From positions 190,585 to 254,584 of the forward strand of contig JBAYLC010000001.1 of NCBI GenBank assembly GCA_041664245.1: 64,000 nt of DNA, written 5' to 3'. Source of the DNA: Minisyncoccota bacterium (lineage in GTDB: Bacteria; Patescibacteriota; Minisyncoccia; UBA6257; 2-01-FULL-56-20). Under the pieces are notes generated by a model, which was not told the DNA's origin, made no database searches, and saw only the letters and a list, made by a program, of their open reading frames with translations. The position numbers and the translations under genes are program-made. This document shows positions 27,781 through 36,841 of the stretch, piece by piece (the first letter of the stretch is position 1; each line of letters starts with the position of its first letter).

Positions 27781-28104
27781 ATGTCAAAAGAAGGTTTTCC
27801 GGGTAATAATGAAGAAAATCCCGAAGCTGTGAAACGTGTTCCTGGATTGGAATCGTTGCAACCAGGAGAAAGTATGAAGGATCATGACGAAAAAAGAAAA
27901 CAGCGTGAAGAATATTTAGACAATATTGGCGCAGGATTTTCGGATGATCCACATGAGCTTCAAAAAATGCGTGAAGAATTAGTTAAACAAGGTGAGGAGC
28001 TAACAAAAAATCGAGGAAATTCGGACGAAGTACAGGACAAAATTGTTGCTATCAACCGAAAGCTTTTAAAGATTAGAGATTCAAAATATAACGAATCAGA
28101 ATAG
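27781..28104 (+). CDS. Hypothetical acidic protein (107 aa)
   Basis: ORF followed by strong terminator 28133-28166. Confidence 0.45.
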   Translation: MSKEGFPGNNEENPEAVKRVPGLESLQPGESMKDHDEKRKQREEYLDNIGAGFSDDPHELQKMREELVKQGEELTKNRGNSDEVQDKIVAINRKLLKIRDSKYNESE

Positions 28105-28132
28105 GTTGATAAATCTTTCCAAATAAAGAAGT

Positions 28133-28166
28133 CCACCGTAGTAAGTTCCATCGGTGGTCTTTTTTT
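28133..28166 (+). terminator. Intrinsic terminator
   Basis: CCACCG-loop-CGGTGG then TCTTTTTTTG. Confidence 0.75.
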
Positions 28167-28188
28167 GCCAATCCTGTATAATTACCCT

Positions 28189-29205
28189 ATGCAAATAGCC
28201 TTTTTTGGCGCTAAGCCCTGGGAGAAAGAATTCCTAACCACCGCGATAAAAAATCAAATTCCGGATAACGAACCGGTTTTTTATGATGAAATTTTAGATA
28301 AAGACCATCTCCCAGAACAAAAAGATTTTGAAGTAATTTCGGTTTTTGTCGATTCCACAGTTGACGCGACGGTTATTGATGATTTTCCCAATCTAAAACT
28401 AATTACTGCCCGTTCGACTGGTTACGATAATGTCGACTTGAATAAATGCAAAGAAAAAAATATCGCCGTGGCGACCGTGCCATCGTATGGCGAAGAGACT
28501 GTGGCGGAATATGCCTTTGCCCTAATTTTATCGCTTTCAAGAAAAGTTTCTAAATCTTTCGACCAAATCCGCGAGACGGGCAGTTTTAATCTCGAAGGAA
28601 TGTCCGGCTTTGATCTCCAAGGAAAAACTCTCGGCGTTGTTGGTACCGGCAAAATCGGCCGGAATGTTATTCGCATTGCCAAAGGTTTTGAAATGAATGT
28701 AATCGCTTCCGATAATTTTCCCAACGAAGAAGCCGCCAAGACTTTAGGTTTTTCTTATTATCCATTAAACGAACTCCTCGCCAAAAGCGATATTGTCACC
28801 CTTCATGTACCCTATCTCAAAGAAACCCATCATTTAATAAACGAGCAAACCTTAGACCAAATGAAACTAGGCGCCTATTTAATTAACACCAGCCGCGGTC
28901 CGGTTGTTGAGACGGAAGCTCTAGTTAAAGCTCTAAAAAACGGCCAGCTAGCCGGCGCCGGTTTAGATGTTTTAGAAGAAGAAGGAATTATTAAAGACGA
29001 ACTGGATTTTATCGTGAGCGGCCACCCCGAAGAGCATAATCTTCGCGCGGCACTGGCCAATCACGTCTTAATCGATATGCCTAATGTGATTATTACTCCC
29101 CATAATGCTTTCAACACTCGCGAAGCCCTCCAAAGAATTCTTCAAACTACTGTGGATAATATAAAAGCCTTCCAAAGTGGAGCGCCAACTAATCTTGCCA
29201 AATGA
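28189..29205 (+). CDS. D-isomer-specific 2-hydroxyacid dehydrogenase (glycerate dehydrogenase/hydroxypyruvate reductase-like)
   Basis: NAD-binding GVVGTGKIGRNVIRIAKGF; catalytic R/E/H triad context; extended -10 TGTATAAT 28175-28182 ends 6 nt before ATG. Confidence 0.85.
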   Translation: MQIAFFGAKPWEKEFLTTAIKNQIPDNEPVFYDEILDKDHLPEQKDFEVISVFVDSTVDATVIDDFPNLKLITARSTGYDNVDLNKCKEKNIAVATVPSYGEETVAEYAFALILSLSRKVSKSFDQIRETGSFNLEGMSGFDLQGKTLGVVGTGKIGRNVIRIAKGFEMNVIASDNFPNEEAAKTLGFSYYPLNELLAKSDIVTLHVPYLKETHHLINEQTLDQMKLGAYLINTSRGPVVETEALVKALKNGQLAGAGLDVLEEEGIIKDELDFIVSGHPEEHNLRAALANHVLIDMPNVIITPHNAFNTREALQRILQTTVDNIKAFQSGAPTNLAK

Positions 29206-30377
29206 GTAAAATAAAAAACATCGAAGGCCGCCCAATCTTAGATTCTCGCGGCGACTGGACTATCGAGGTCAGCCTCGCTCTACAAGACGGCGTAATCGCC
29301 AAAGCCGCGATCCCGCAAGGTAAAAGCCGGGGTTCAAGCGAAGCAATCTTTCTACCACCCCAAAAAGCCATTCAAAAAATTAAATCTCTTTCCAAAATTT
29401 TTCATGGATTTGATGTTTTTAATCAAGAAAAAATCGATCAAACTTTAATAAAACTCGACGGCACCCGTTCTAAATCAAAACTCGGCGGCAATACCACTCT
29501 TGGCATATCTCTAGCCGCCGCCAAAGCCGCGGCTAAATCAAAAAACGTTTATCTCTGGAAATATTTCCGCGATTTAAGCGGTCTTTCCATAATTCCGAAC
29601 TCTCGGCCTCGCCTCTTGGCTAATCTTGTAAACGGCGGACTTCACGCCGGTAATAATTTGGATTTTCAAGAATATCTGGTAATCCCCAAATCTCAAAACT
29701 TTAGCTCAGCGATTGAAAAAATTGTTAAAATTTATAACCGGCTCCGTGATTCGCTCAATGAAAAATTTGGCCCGGGCTCAACTAGTGTTGGAGATGAAGG
29801 CGGTTTTGCGCCGGATTTTAAAAATAATAGCGAACCATTTGAAATGATTTCTCTTGTTTTAAAAAATTTGAAACTTTCTGCCGAAGTAAATTTAGGTCTT
29901 GATGCCGCCGCTAGTAATATTAAAAAAATCAGCCCTGATGATCTTTTTGGTATTTACTTAAACTTTATAAACGATTTTAATTTTCTGTTTCTAGAAGATT
30001 TATTCAACGAAAATGACTTTAAAAATTTCGCCAAATTTAAAGCTGAGGCTAAAAAAAATCTTTGGATAGTTGGTGACGATTTAACCACTACCAACGTATC
30101 ACTTATCGAAAAAGCCGAAGCCGCCAAAGCGATTAACGCTATTGTTATCAAGCCCAATCAAATCGGCACTATCACTGAAACTCTAGAAGCGATTAAGAAA
30201 TCAAGAAATTACGACTGGAAGGTTATTGTTTCGCATCGGAGCGGGGAAACAAATGACGATTTTATTGCCGATTTGGCCGTAGGTGTTGGCGCTGACGGCC
30301 TTAAACTTGGCGCTCCCGCTCGCGGCGAAAGAATCGCTAAATATAACCGGCTCCTAGAGATCGAATCTGAAAAATAA
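29202..30377 (+). CDS. eno: Enolase (phosphopyruvate hydratase), short divergent form
   Basis: SHRSGETNDDFIADLAVGVGADGLKLGAPARGERIAKYNRLLEIE matches enolase C-terminal signature; 391 aa. Confidence 0.85.
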   Translation: MSKIKNIEGRPILDSRGDWTIEVSLALQDGVIAKAAIPQGKSRGSSEAIFLPPQKAIQKIKSLSKIFHGFDVFNQEKIDQTLIKLDGTRSKSKLGGNTTLGISLAAAKAAAKSKNVYLWKYFRDLSGLSIIPNSRPRLLANLVNGGLHAGNNLDFQEYLVIPKSQNFSSAIEKIVKIYNRLRDSLNEKFGPGSTSVGDEGGFAPDFKNNSEPFEMISLVLKNLKLSAEVNLGLDAAASNIKKISPDDLFGIYLNFINDFNFLFLEDLFNENDFKNFAKFKAEAKKNLWIVGDDLTTTNVSLIEKAEAAKAINAIVIKPNQIGTITETLEAIKKSRNYDWKVIVSHRSGETNDDFIADLAVGVGADGLKLGAPARGERIAKYNRLLEIESEK

Positions 30378-30385
30378 TTTTTATT

Positions 30386-30847
30386 ATGGTTGAAATAAGT
30401 CAAACCAAAAATTGGATTCTCTATTCCATACTCATCCTCGCCTTAGTCGGCCTAATTGACACCGGCTACTTGAGCTATGCTGCTTTGGCCGGCATTGACG
30501 CGATTTGCGCTCCGGGGGGCGGCTGTAGTCAGGTCCTGAATAGTTCTTATTCAAAAATCGGATCAATCCCCTTAGGAATATTCGGAGCTGCTTATTATAC
30601 TTTTCTTGTTATTCTAATTTTATTTTGCTTTAAATATAGAAATTATCGCTATGCTTCTTTTATCGTGATTCTCAGTGGTCTTGGTTTTGCTTTTTCACTT
30701 TTTCTAACCTATCTTCAATTTTTCGTTATTCATGAGTTATGTGAATATTGTCTAACTTCTGCCGCCTCCTCAACCCTTATTTTTTTTGTTTGTATTTTTG
30801 GGTTAAAACGGAAAAAGGTCGTTGAAATTGAATTAAATAAAAGTTAA
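30386..30847 (+). CDS. Vitamin K epoxide reductase (VKOR) family membrane oxidoreductase
   Basis: Loop cysteine pair (CAPGGGC) and active-site CEYC in last TM helix. Confidence 0.75.
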   Translation: MVEISQTKNWILYSILILALVGLIDTGYLSYAALAGIDAICAPGGGCSQVLNSSYSKIGSIPLGIFGAAYYTFLVILILFCFKYRNYRYASFIVILSGLGFAFSLFLTYLQFFVIHELCEYCLTSAASSTLIFFVCIFGLKRKKVVEIELNKS

Positions 30848-31111
30848 ATGATGGATAATTTTTTCGCCGGCCATATGTATGGTTTTGGTTGGGGAATCGT
30901 AAATTTTATTGGGGTAATTGTTTTTTGGGTTTTTATAATATTATCAGTGGTTTGGGTTATTAGAGAATTAAGTAAGAATAATTCTCATTCCAATCAAGCT
31001 AGTTCTCACGAAGAGCAAAGAATTACTCCAGTTGAGATATTGAAAGAGCGTTTTGCTAAAGGGGAAATCACCAAAAAAGAATTCGAGGAAAGAAGAGGAT
31101 TACTTGAATAA
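30848..31111 (+). CDS. SHOCT-domain membrane protein
   Basis: N-terminal TM helix; C-terminal ILKERFAKGEITKKEFEERRGLL SHOCT motif. Confidence 0.75.
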   Translation: MMDNFFAGHMYGFGWGIVNFIGVIVFWVFIILSVVWVIRELSKNNSHSNQASSHEEQRITPVEILKERFAKGEITKKEFEERRGLLE

Positions 31112-31339
31112 AAAAAGACTCCCGGCAAAAGGAGTTGTAAACTGCGTGAGTGTAAACTGTTCTGATAAGCAAACACCCTAAGACACCGAAAAGACTGATC
31201 AAGCCCGAAATGCCGGGAGCAAAATCTATGATAGAAAAGGAAAGGACTAGTGCGAGTATATCAAATTTTTAATAAATATCAAATAATCTGTAAAATTTTG
31301 CCTCTCGCTGAAAGAGAGGTCTTTGCTAGTATTAGTTAA

Positions 31340-32497
31340 ATGTCGATATATAAGCTTTTAAAAAATGACGGCGAAGCTCGGCTAGGGACGATTGAGACAA
31401 AGAACGGAAAAATAGAAACCCCAAGCTACGTGGTCGTCGGTACCGATGGCCACATTCGCTGTCTTGAGCCGGAGGACATTCCGAAAACCCAAACGCAGGT
31501 AATTATTTCTAACACCTTTCACTTATGGAAATCTTTAGGTGATGAAGGCCTGAACGAATTTCCTGGCCTCCATGAATTTATGGAATGGTCTGGTCCGATT
31601 ATGACTGATAGCGGCGGTTTCCAGGTTTTTAGTATGGGTTCAGCTCGTGAACATGGCACTGGAAAAATAAAACAAAAACCTAGCGGAGAAAGCGAAGCTG
31701 GAATCGTCCGGGTTACCGATTCCGGAGTTTATTTTCAAGATGAGTCGGGTGAAGAAATTTATCTTGATGCCGAATTGTCAATGAAGATTCAAGAACAGCT
31801 TGGCGCCGACATTGTTTTGGCTTTTGACGAACCGAGTTCGCCTTTGCACGATTATGAATACACGAAAAAAGCGATGGTTCGAACTCATCAATGGGCCGAA
31901 CGTTCGCTTGAGGCCAAAACTTCGGATCAATTCATCTACGGCATAGTCCAAGGTGGAATTTTTGAGGATCTTCGCAAAGAAAGCGCCAAGTTTATAAATA
32001 ATTTTCCGTTTGATGGGTTTGCCATCGGCGGCGCTTTCGGTAGTTCTTTCGGTAGTAAAAAAGGTAATACTTTTCAGGAATTAAGTTGGGTTAATCCGTT
32101 GTTAGATAAAACTAAGCCTCGACACTTACTAGGCATTGGTCGCATTGACGATATTTTTGAAGCGGTTGAAAGGGGAGTGGATACTATGGATTGTGTTATT
32201 CCCACCCGCGAAGCCCGCCACGGCGCCATTTGGGTCAAAGGCGGGCGGTTTGATATCAAGAAGGGTATTTATACTGCCGACGATAGTCCGCTCGGTGAAG
32301 GCTGCGAATGTGAAATTTGCGGTGAAAAAAATGTAACCAAATCCGAACTTCACAATTTATTTAAAAATAAGGAATTAAACGCCGCCCGATATGCCACTAT
32401 CCATAACGTTTATTTTTTTAATGACTTAATGAAGCAAATTCGAAGCGCCATTTCCGAGAGTCGTTTTTGGGAATTTAAAAAATGGTATCTTTCGTAA
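31340..32497 (+). CDS. tgt: Queuine tRNA-ribosyltransferase (tRNA-guanine transglycosylase)
   Basis: DSGGFQ substrate motif, MDCVIPTREARHG, zinc site CECEICG...H. Confidence 0.9.
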   Translation: MSIYKLLKNDGEARLGTIETKNGKIETPSYVVVGTDGHIRCLEPEDIPKTQTQVIISNTFHLWKSLGDEGLNEFPGLHEFMEWSGPIMTDSGGFQVFSMGSAREHGTGKIKQKPSGESEAGIVRVTDSGVYFQDESGEEIYLDAELSMKIQEQLGADIVLAFDEPSSPLHDYEYTKKAMVRTHQWAERSLEAKTSDQFIYGIVQGGIFEDLRKESAKFINNFPFDGFAIGGAFGSSFGSKKGNTFQELSWVNPLLDKTKPRHLLGIGRIDDIFEAVERGVDTMDCVIPTREARHGAIWVKGGRFDIKKGIYTADDSPLGEGCECEICGEKNVTKSELHNLFKNKELNAARYATIHNVYFFNDLMKQIRSAISESRFWEFKKWYLS

Positions 32498-32516
32498 AAT
32501 AGGCTAGAATAACGAA

Positions 32517-33227
32517 ATGCCTAAATTAGTTTTTGATATTGAAACCATAGGTGAAAATTTTGATGAATTAGATAAAGCCACTCAAGAATCCCTGACCCGC
32601 TGGCTTAAAAAGGAATCATTAAGCGATGAGGAATATAACTTTGCCTTAAACGAATTAAAGGATGGCCTGGGTTTTTCGCCTCTAACCGGAGAAATCGTCG
32701 CTATCGGCGTTCTTGATGTGGAAAAAAATCAAGGCGTTGTTTACTTCCAATCTCCTGATAAAAAAGCAGAAGAATGGACTGACGATAATTTTAAATTCAA
32801 ACCAATGAGTGAAAAAGAGATGCTCGAAAGTTTTTGGCAAGGCGCCAAAAATTATGATGAGTTTATCAGTTTCAATGGCCGGGCTTTTGACGTTCCATTT
32901 TTAGCAACCCGCTCCGCGGTTCACGAAATTCGCCCTACTAAAGATTTAATGGAAGGTCGGTATTTGTATCAACAGCGAAATTGCCGCCATATCGACCTCT
33001 TAGACCAGCTTTCATTCTACGGTGCCGTTTATCACCGAAAAGGTAATCTCCACCTCTGGAGCCGCGCTTTTGGAATTAAAAGCCCTAAGGCCGATGGTGT
33101 TACAGGCGATGATGTTAGCCGTTTATTTAAAGAGAAGAAATATAAAGAAATCGCCATTTATAATGTTGGTGATCTCGTTGCCACCAAAGAACTTTACCAT
33201 CGGTGGGAGAAGTATATTCGATTTTAA
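32517..33227 (+). CDS. RNase-H-fold 3'-5' exonuclease (PolB-exo-like, DNA_pol_B_exo2 family)
   Basis: Exo I FDIET, Exo II FNGRAFDVPFL, Exo III YNVGDLVATKELY. Confidence 0.7.
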   Translation: MPKLVFDIETIGENFDELDKATQESLTRWLKKESLSDEEYNFALNELKDGLGFSPLTGEIVAIGVLDVEKNQGVVYFQSPDKKAEEWTDDNFKFKPMSEKEMLESFWQGAKNYDEFISFNGRAFDVPFLATRSAVHEIRPTKDLMEGRYLYQQRNCRHIDLLDQLSFYGAVYHRKGNLHLWSRAFGIKSPKADGVTGDDVSRLFKEKKYKEIAIYNVGDLVATKELYHRWEKYIRF

Positions 33228-33233
33228 AATTTA

Positions 33234-36206
33234 ATGACCTCCGAAAAATTTGAAATTCTCCTTAGCCAATTAAATAAAAAGCAACGGGAAGCCGTTGAAA
33301 CAATTGAGGGTCCGGTTATGGTTATCGCCGGTCCCGGCACTGGTAAAACTCAAATCCTAACTGTCCGGATCGCTAATATTTTAGAAAAAACCGACACCGC
33401 CGCCGATTCTATTTTAGCTCTTACCTTTACTGAAGCCGCGGCTGCTAATATGCGCTCCCGTCTCGTTTCTTTAATTGGAAGCCGGGGCTATTACGTGAAT
33501 ATTTCCACCTTTCACGGTTTTTGCAATCGTTTAATCCAAGGTTACCCGGAGCACTTTGACGAGATCATCGGCCGAAAAAATGCCAACGAAGTTGACCGTA
33601 TTTCTGTTATTCGCAAAATAATTGAAGAAAATGAGTTTAAAAATCTCAAACCTTTCGGCGATAATTTTTTTCACGTCCGGGATATTCTTAGTGCTATTCG
33701 CGACCTTAAAAACGAAGGCTTAGATTACCAGGAATTCGAAAAATTGATGGGAGAAGAAAAAAGTAATTTTGAAAAAAATGATGATCTTTATTATGAGCAA
33801 GGCGCCCACAAGGGAAAAATGAAAGGAGTGTATCAAAAACAACTTAAACAAATTGAAAAAAATTCCGAGCTATCCAAAATTTACTTCGCCTATCAGAAGG
33901 AATTAGAACAGAGGCGGCTCTATGATTTTGAAGATATGATTTTGAAAACCATCGAGGCCTTAGAAAAAAAAGAGGATTTTCTACTAGAAATTCAAGAAAG
34001 ATATCAATATTTGCTAGTTGATGAGCATCAAGACACAAACGGCGCTCAAAACCGAGTCCTAGAGCTCCTCGCCAGTTTTTACCCGAATCCCAATCTTTTT
34101 GTTGTTGGAGATGAAAAGCAAGCGATTTTCCGCTTTCAAGGTGCTAGCTTGGATAATTTTTTGTATTTTCAAAAAAAATATCCGGCTGTAAAACTTATTA
34201 ACTTAGAAGAAAATTATCGTTCGCCGCAAAGTATTCTTGATTCCGCCCAAAGTTTAATTGAGAAAAATCAAGCGACAATTTTCGCGCCTCTGAAATCTCG
34301 AACGTCACTTGGCGGCCAAAAAATTAAAATTTTAAACTTTTCCCAGCCCGAAGCTGAATTGCTTTTTATCTCGGAAAAAATTCGGGAAAAATTAGAAGCT
34401 GGAACCCCGCCTAACGAAATCGCCATTCTTTACCGGGAAAATCGCGATGTTTTTTCGATTGCCGATTTTCTTAGTAAAAAAGGAATTTCTTACGTTATCG
34501 AATCGGATTTAAACATTCTTGATGATTCCGAGATAAAAAAACTAAATCGGCTTTTGATTGCGGTTAATGATTTTGGCAATGATGAAAAATTAATTTCCGC
34601 TCTCCATATCGATTTTCTGAATATCGATCCACTTGATATCTACGCTTTAATTCAAAAATCTAAAGACGATAAAAAATCGATTCATCGCCTAATTGCCCAA
34701 TCAAAAGATATTACCGACCTAGAAAACGCCGGAACGATTATTTCCGCCTACAATAATATTCGTGACTGGCAACAAAAAAGTAAAAATGAAAATTTCCTTG
34801 AGTTTTTCGAAAGAGTTGTCAGGGAATCGGGACTTTTTGCTCAACTGTTAAAAAACGAGCGCTTTCAAAAATTAGAAAAATTAGGAACCCTATTTAATGA
34901 AATCAGAAAAATCGTTCAGAATCACCGGGATTTTAGTTTAAGAAACTATATCGAATATTTGGAAATTTTAGAAAGCCACGGAGTTTCAATTACCGGCCGT
35001 TCCGCCCGCAATGCCAAGGCTATCCGTTTAATGACCGCCCATCGAGCGAAAGGATTAGAATTTGATTTTGTTTTTATTATTGGTGCCTCTGATGGCCATT
35101 GGGGCAATCGGCGGGAATTCGGCGGATTTAGTTTGCCAATCAAAACCAGTATTGATATAAGTAAAATCGAAAAAAACGAGGACGAACGCCGGCTTTTCTA
35201 TATGGCGATGACCCGCGCCAAAAAATCGGTCTACATTACCTGGAGCCGCCATTCACCAGATGGCCGAGAGCAAGTACCCAGCCAATTTATAAATGAAATT
35301 AAAGAAGAACTTAAAGAAGAAGTAGATGATAAAGAATTTGGAGAAAAAATAACTAAAAACCAAAATCTTCTTTTTAACAAACGAGTTAATGAAGAGCCAA
35401 CATTAAAAAACGCGGAGTATGTAAAAGATATTTTTGAGAAGAGGGGATTGTCAGTAACCGCGCTTAATAACTACCTTAAGTGCCCGTGGCGGTATTTTTA
35501 TCTCAATTTAGTTCGGATTCCGAAAGCCAAAAGCAAGCATCAAATTTTTGGCACCGCCGTCCATTTCGCGCTTAAAAATTTCTTTGATGAAAAAAGAAAA
35601 GGCAATAATATTGATAGTAAATTTCTATTAGAAAGATTTCGCCAGAATCTAGAACGGGAGCCGCTAAATGAAAATGAATTTTTGGAAATCTATAAAAAAG
35701 GCGAGAGCTTCTTGCCAAAATATTTCGATTTCTATAAAAATATTTGGAATTACAATACTATAAATGAATTTAAAATTAGCGGCGTTCATTTAGCGGATAA
35801 CATAAAACTCGTCGGCAATCTGGATAAACTGGAAATTCAGGATAATCCCACTCATGTTATTGTGGTCGATTATAAAACCAAAAAACCAGAGAGTCGAAAT
35901 TCGATTGAAGGCGGAACAAAACTTGGCACTGGCGACTATAAAAGACAACTGGTTTTATATAAAATTCTTTTAGATTTAAAACCGGAAAAAACCTGGAGTA
36001 TGGATGCCGGTGTAATTGATTTCATCGAACCGAACGAGCGGGGAATTTTTAAAAAGGAAGTCTTTGAAATAACTTCTGCCGAAACTGAAGAGTTAAAGGA
36101 AACAATCAAAAAAATCGCGGGCGAGATTGTCAATTTAAGCTTTTGGTCCAACCGCTGTAGTGACAAAAAATGTGAATATTGCGCTTTGCGTAACCTAATG
36201 GAATGA
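33234..36206 (+). CDS. UvrD/PcrA-family SF1 helicase fused to C-terminal PD-(D/E)xK Cas4/AddB-like Fe-S nuclease domain
   Basis: Walker A AGPGTGKTQILT, UvrD motifs; C-terminal KCPWRYFY, VVDYKT (RecB motif III), C-x4-C-x2-C cysteine cluster. Confidence 0.85.
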   Translation: MTSEKFEILLSQLNKKQREAVETIEGPVMVIAGPGTGKTQILTVRIANILEKTDTAADSILALTFTEAAAANMRSRLVSLIGSRGYYVNISTFHGFCNRLIQGYPEHFDEIIGRKNANEVDRISVIRKIIEENEFKNLKPFGDNFFHVRDILSAIRDLKNEGLDYQEFEKLMGEEKSNFEKNDDLYYEQGAHKGKMKGVYQKQLKQIEKNSELSKIYFAYQKELEQRRLYDFEDMILKTIEALEKKEDFLLEIQERYQYLLVDEHQDTNGAQNRVLELLASFYPNPNLFVVGDEKQAIFRFQGASLDNFLYFQKKYPAVKLINLEENYRSPQSILDSAQSLIEKNQATIFAPLKSRTSLGGQKIKILNFSQPEAELLFISEKIREKLEAGTPPNEIAILYRENRDVFSIADFLSKKGISYVIESDLNILDDSEIKKLNRLLIAVNDFGNDEKLISALHIDFLNIDPLDIYALIQKSKDDKKSIHRLIAQSKDITDLENAGTIISAYNNIRDWQQKSKNENFLEFFERVVRESGLFAQLLKNERFQKLEKLGTLFNEIRKIVQNHRDFSLRNYIEYLEILESHGVSITGRSARNAKAIRLMTAHRAKGLEFDFVFIIGASDGHWGNRREFGGFSLPIKTSIDISKIEKNEDERRLFYMAMTRAKKSVYITWSRHSPDGREQVPSQFINEIKEELKEEVDDKEFGEKITKNQNLLFNKRVNEEPTLKNAEYVKDIFEKRGLSVTALNNYLKCPWRYFYLNLVRIPKAKSKHQIFGTAVHFALKNFFDEKRKGNNIDSKFLLERFRQNLEREPLNENEFLEIYKKGESFLPKYFDFYKNIWNYNTINEFKISGVHLADNIKLVGNLDKLEIQDNPTHVIVVDYKTKKPESRNSIEGGTKLGTGDYKRQLVLYKILLDLKPEKTWSMDAGVIDFIEPNERGIFKKEVFEITSAETEELKETIKKIAGEIVNLSFWSNRCSDKKCEYCALRNLME

Positions 36207-36264
36207 AAATTGGTAATTATGGTAAAATAAAACGGTCGAAAAACTGTTATATGTTACATGCTAT

Positions 36265-36501
36265 ATGAAACACGTAATAATCTACAGCACTCCCACCTGC
36301 GTCTATTGCAAGATGGCCAAGGCTCTTTTTAAAGAGAAAGAAATTCCATACGAAGAAAAGGATGTCGCCGTTGATATGGCGGCGAGAGATGAAATGATCG
36401 AGAAATCAGGCCAACTAGGGGTTCCGGTGATCGATATCGGCGGCCATATTGTCGTCGGCTTTGATCGCTCAAAATTATTAGATCTGATTGGAGTAAAATA
36501 A
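36265..36501 (+). CDS. Glutaredoxin-like protein (NrdH/Grx family)
   Basis: CVYC active site in thioredoxin fold; 78 aa. Confidence 0.85.
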   Translation: MKHVIIYSTPTCVYCKMAKALFKEKEIPYEEKDVAVDMAARDEMIEKSGQLGVPVIDIGGHIVVGFDRSKLLDLIGVK

Positions 36502-36550
36502 AAAGCCGCGACAAAATTAATTGCCGCAGCCGAGTTTTCGTTCGTCGTTA

Positions 36551-36721
36551 CTAGTTGTCGATGTTTTTAACAATATACATCGCAAACACCAGAGCGCAAA
36601 GTGCGCAACCGACACCAAATCCGATCAAATAACTGCGAGTCGCCAAGCCAAACATAGTGCCAGAGGCAGCTGTAAACCCGAGAAAAAGAAAAACATCACT
36701 AGACTTAATCTTAACTTTCAT
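36551..36721 (-). CDS. Small membrane protein (56 aa, hypothetical)
   Basis: GGAGGA SD 4 nt upstream of ATG, two TM-like segments (MKVKIKSSDVFLFLGFTAASGTMFGLATRSYLIGFGVGCALCALVFAMYIVKNIDN); unlisted; replaces + strand ORF 36521..36745. Confidence 0.45.
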   Translation of the reverse strand: MKVKIKSSDVFLFLGFTAASGTMFGLATRSYLIGFGVGCALCALVFAMYIVKNIDN

Positions 36722-36841
36722 AAATCCTCCAGAGTTTCAAACTAAAGCTTCTTTACAGATTATACACCTAATATTATACTTTGTCAAGATTATGCATTAG
36801 AGCTTGATACCTAATACACGACACTTGATACACAACAAACC

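Noticed and set aside
31118-31339. preQ1 riboswitch upstream of tgt
   Set aside because: Neither the preQ1-I loop/tail consensus (CCC...UAAAAAACUA) nor preQ1-II features are present; tgt is also not a typical preQ1-regulated gene.
36521-36745. + strand 74-aa ORF after the glutaredoxin gene
   Set aside because: The opposite strand encodes a hydrophobic 56-aa protein with a GGAGGA SD (36551..36721), which is the more plausible gene.
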